A stretch of DNA of 64,000 nt from Felis catus (taxonomy: Eukaryota): assembly GCF_018350175.1 (NCBI RefSeq), contig NC_058370.1:127968001-128032000 (forward strand). The letters are read 5' to 3'. Below the pieces are notes generated by a model. The model saw nothing but the letters and a program-made list of their open reading frames with translations. It made no database searches and was not told the origin of the DNA. A program made the translations under genes and the position numbers. Every line of letters starts with the position of its first letter. Position 1 is the first letter of the stretch. Shown here piece by piece: positions 60,775-64,000 of this stretch.

Positions 60775-61860
60775 GAAACACAGAAACATAACACACACAA
60801 CACATGAAACCTAAGACACCAAACAGAAGATGGAAGACAGTGCAGTCTCTAAAAGTGATGAAGAAATTAACAGAAAATTCCAAGTCAGAAAAACATTTGC
60901 AACTTTACATGTACCTGGTGGATTCATATTTTTAACATGAAAATTGCTTTGTAGGTCAGTGATAAAAATGGTCCACAGCGACCATTTTTAAATGGACAAC
61001 AGACATATAAAGATACTTCACAAAAGATGCATCAATGATCGATAAGCCTGTGAGAAAGTATTCAACGTCACTAAATACCAAAGAATTATAAATTACGTCA
61101 AAATGCAATTCCATGTTTGACCTATCAGATTAGAAAAGGCTTTTTGAAAGCATCCAGGCCTGGCTGAAATGAAAGAAAGCATTCAGAGCCTAATACTGTA
61201 GGGGGAAGTAGAAACTGGCATCATCTTTTTGGAGACGATCCAAAAGTTTTAAAGATGGTCATACTCTTTAAGCAAACAACTCCACCTTTGAGGATTGATC
61301 TTAAGGAAATAATTGCAGACATGTTAATGATTTAGCTAAAGGATGTTTGCTGCGGTGCTGTTTGTAACAGCAAATATTTAGAAATACAACCTGACTATTC
61401 GGCATTCATTCAAGTAAGTCATCCATCAAATATTTACTAAGCACTCAGTCAGCTGTGGGCCATGGACACCATAGACCAAGTGAATCAAAGCACGTCAGTG
61501 TAATGAAATACACTACAGCATGAAAATGAAAATGTTTCGTGAAGGGAAAAAAAGGAGTCACAATACATTGTTAACTGGAAGAGAGCATGCTAAAAACAGG
61601 ATCTGTAATATCGCATCCGGGGAAAAATATACATGTATTTCATAAAATTTTGGAAATACGTGACAGATTTTCTTCTTTTTAATTTTTTTAAGTTTATTTA
61701 TTTATTTTGAGAGAGAGAGAGAGAGCGCGCAAGTTCTCCGGTGACTATGCCATCCAGGCACCCCTAAAGATGCCACAGACTTTCAAAAAGGTTATTGCTA
61801 GATGATAAGACGTGATTATTTAATTTTCCTTCCTTTTCTTTCCCTACAACTTTTTCTCTA
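60775..61860 (+). mobile_element. Old L1 (L1ME-type) ORF2 tail/3'UTR fragments
   Basis: aaaaacatttgcaac...aaatggacaacagacat...tattcaacgtcacta...gacctatcagatt...gatcttaaggaaataat. Confidence 0.7.
61672..61764 (-). mobile_element. Internally deleted Can-SINE
   Basis: Head (ggggtgcctggatggcatagtc on minus) is fused directly to the CT tract and tail. Confidence 0.8.
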
Positions 61861-61880
61861 CTAAATGAGTCATTTTATGA

Positions 61881-62091
61881 TTTTTTTAAAAAAGTATATT
61901 TATTTATTTTGAGAGAGAGAGAGAGAGAGAGAGAGTGCAAACTGGACAGGGGCAGAGAGACAAAATCCCAAGCAGGCCCCACACTGTCAACACTGAGCCC
62001 GACTTGGGGCCAGAACCCATGAATGCTAGATCATGACCTGTGCTGAAATCCAGAGTCATCCTCTTAATCGACTGAGCCGCCCAGGAGCCCC
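61881..62091 (-). mobile_element. Can-SINE
   Basis: Antisense Can-SINE; TSD tcattttatgattttt / tcatcttatgattttt. Confidence 0.95.
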
Positions 62092-62479
62092 TCATCTTAT
62101 GATTTTTTTTTTTTTTTGAGTCACTAACTTAGTAAAAACACCTACATTGTGTCTTGAAGACAGAATGAGGAAAGTATCTGGTATATAACAAATGTCCCAA
62201 ACAGTTCATTTGTCTCTCCGTTTGTGGATTATCCTAGCACCTTCGGTGGCCAACCTTCTGGAAACTTGTCGCCTGAGTGCTAGTTCGAGCTAGGTCTTTG
62301 GGAATGGGAACCCTGGACACAGAGCACTTGGGGTCCCCCAAACAGCCCGTACATGTGCCGATTCTTTCCTTACTGGGGAAAGAGTCCCCTGTCTTGGTGT
62401 TCTTTTCATTCGAATTTTTGGTTACTTCCAAGGTTTTTGGTTTGTTTGTTTGTTAGGTTTTTTGTGTTTTTTTGTATTT

Positions 62480-63030
62480 TTGGTCTACAATCATTTTGTT
62501 GTCTATTTCTTTCTTGAGCTCTGCCAGCTTATTTGAAATCTTGCGTTGATTTCAATTCAACCTTTGAATTCTTAGGGTTTCTTCTTTGAGTTTTTAAAGT
62601 AATGATAAAAATTCATGTGGTCTATAATGCCTTTGAAACTTTAGAGAACTATTTGAATTCGCGTTCCCTTAGGTAATGGATGTTCCCCATCTGACTTCTC
62701 AGGTGTCCCTTTCCTTTTTGGAGGGGTTGGGGGGGAGAGAGTATATTTCTATTTCAGAAGCTTGCATAGCTTCAATATCCAGGTCGTTCTTTGTAGTATC
62801 CGTGCACAGATTGGATGCCGGGCGCCTTCATCATCTCCTTCCCCTTTAAATATGGACAGACACTTGCTGGTGAGGAGTTTGTGGCACACAAAGTGAGCTA
62901 AATCAATCAGCGGTTTTGCCTTCGGCTTGCTACCTGTTTCCTGGATCTCTTATTGTCCTTACCTTCGGAGAGTATCTTCCCATAACTTTGGTGTTTAAGC
63001 GGTAGCTTCAGCTCACCTCAAAGCCGTCTA
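62480..63030 (-). mobile_element. Ancient L1-ORF1-like fossil (HAL1/L1M-type)
   Basis: Minus strand gives coiled-coil-like ISNKLAELKKEIDNKM and EREFK fragments broken by stops. Confidence 0.45.
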
Positions 63031-63039
63031 GACAACTCT

Positions 63040-63185
63040 TCCCCAAGTGTAAAATGCAGGCAAATCACCTAGAGATTCAAACTCTGATTCAAGAGGTCTG
63101 AGGTGTGGCCTCAAATTCTGCATTTCTCACGAGCTCTCAGGGGAAGCCGACAGTGTAGGTCCTGAACCACACTTTGAATAATAGG
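63040..63185 (+). mobile_element. MER5A-type MITE
   Basis: aaatcacctagag...ctgattcaagaggtctgaggtgtggcctcaaattctgcatttctcacgagctctcagg...accacactttgaata. Confidence 0.85.
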
Positions 63186-64000
63186 CCTCTGACAAAGGAA
63201 TTCTGTGTTCCTCACCTAATTTACCTCCCCTGGCCTCTGGCGACTGCCTCACCCCCAGAGGTGATAAGAAGGGATGGAATTGGTATCTGTGTATTTCTTC
63301 AGAGCCACCTCCCCTGAAGTTTCTAGAGGCATGATGTTCCCTGCTCGGGAGGCTGGTCCACTTCCTAAACCATGCAGCTCTCTTCAGAAAAACCCACAGC
63401 TAAGATTTCTGAGATCTGGGTTGATACTTCTAGAAAAAAGAAAAAAAAAATGTGTTCCACGTCCAAGGTCTGAGGAGAAAGGTGAGAATGTCAGATTCTT
63501 AAACTTGTTTTCATACAGATTTCACAGAATTTGGTTAGTATGCTTCATAGTGTGCGGTTTGAGGTTATAGCCTTCTCGTTTTAGTGGAAATAGAGTTTGG
63601 TTTGTTTACGCGTCTGTGTTTGGTTCTCTTTTGTGGGCTTCATGTGAAGAAAGGGGAGAGAAAGAAGCCTCTGCATCTTTACATGGAAACCCAGCCCTGC
63701 AACTTTTGGTGAATTTCTCCAGGTGATCAGCTTCCTGGGATGTTGCCAGAAGGCAGTTGGCTCCTTGGCTCAGCCAGTCCAGGCAGCAGCTGTGCCTGCC
63801 AATCCCCATCCGTCCTCCTCCCATCCTTCTCAGCAACTTCTCCAGCTGTGTCCCCTTCCTCGGGTCTCCTGCTCCCTCTCAGAAGAAGACTCTGACTTCT
63901 ATTTCAAAAAGAAAATTTAGTGCCCCCCCCTCCACCCCCACATGACCTTCGTGGTTAGACCTTTGTTCCCCTTCACTACAAACTCAAGCACGGTCCTCAT

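Noticed and set aside
6355-62095. Recurrent peptides such as SGSVLTAQSLEPASDSVSPSLS
   Set aside because: Translations of Can-SINEs, not a gene family.
1-64000. CRISPR array, prokaryotic operon, numt, endogenous viral gene or a nameable host gene
   Set aside because: No regularly spaced repeat-spacer array and no mitochondrial, viral or known-gene sequence recognised; a BLAT of the unique flanks against a cat or human assembly would be needed to name the locus.

Overview
Mammalian genomic DNA from a carnivoran, almost certainly a felid: it carries many tRNA-derived Can-SINEs, including a near-consensus SINEC_Fc copy. It is a draft-assembly window with nine N gaps. It reads as non-coding (intergenic or inside a very large intron). 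I recognise no protein-coding gene, RNA gene, CRISPR array or viral insert, and the supplied ORFs look like chance frames or repeat translations. Most of the window is layered transposable-element sequence: a decayed near-full-length L1 (~28.95-35.06 kb, +) with three nested Can-SINEs, about 14 Can-SINEs overall, older L1MA/MC/ME pieces, many L2 and MIR relics, MLT1 LTRs, hAT and Tigger MITEs, and a fossil hAT-Charlie transposase fragment. Unique islands between the repeats carry enhancer-like motif clusters, notably RFX X-box + SOX + homeodomain at ~9.9 kb and paired TCF/LEF sites at ~8.3 kb. Other points of interest are a ~70-bp locally copied MIR segment, a 67-bp Z-DNA-prone tract, a recursive-splice-like AG|GT motif and a few weak candidate exons. 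I found no convincing new biological system. Repeat subfamily names and boundaries come from recalled consensus sequences and are approximate.
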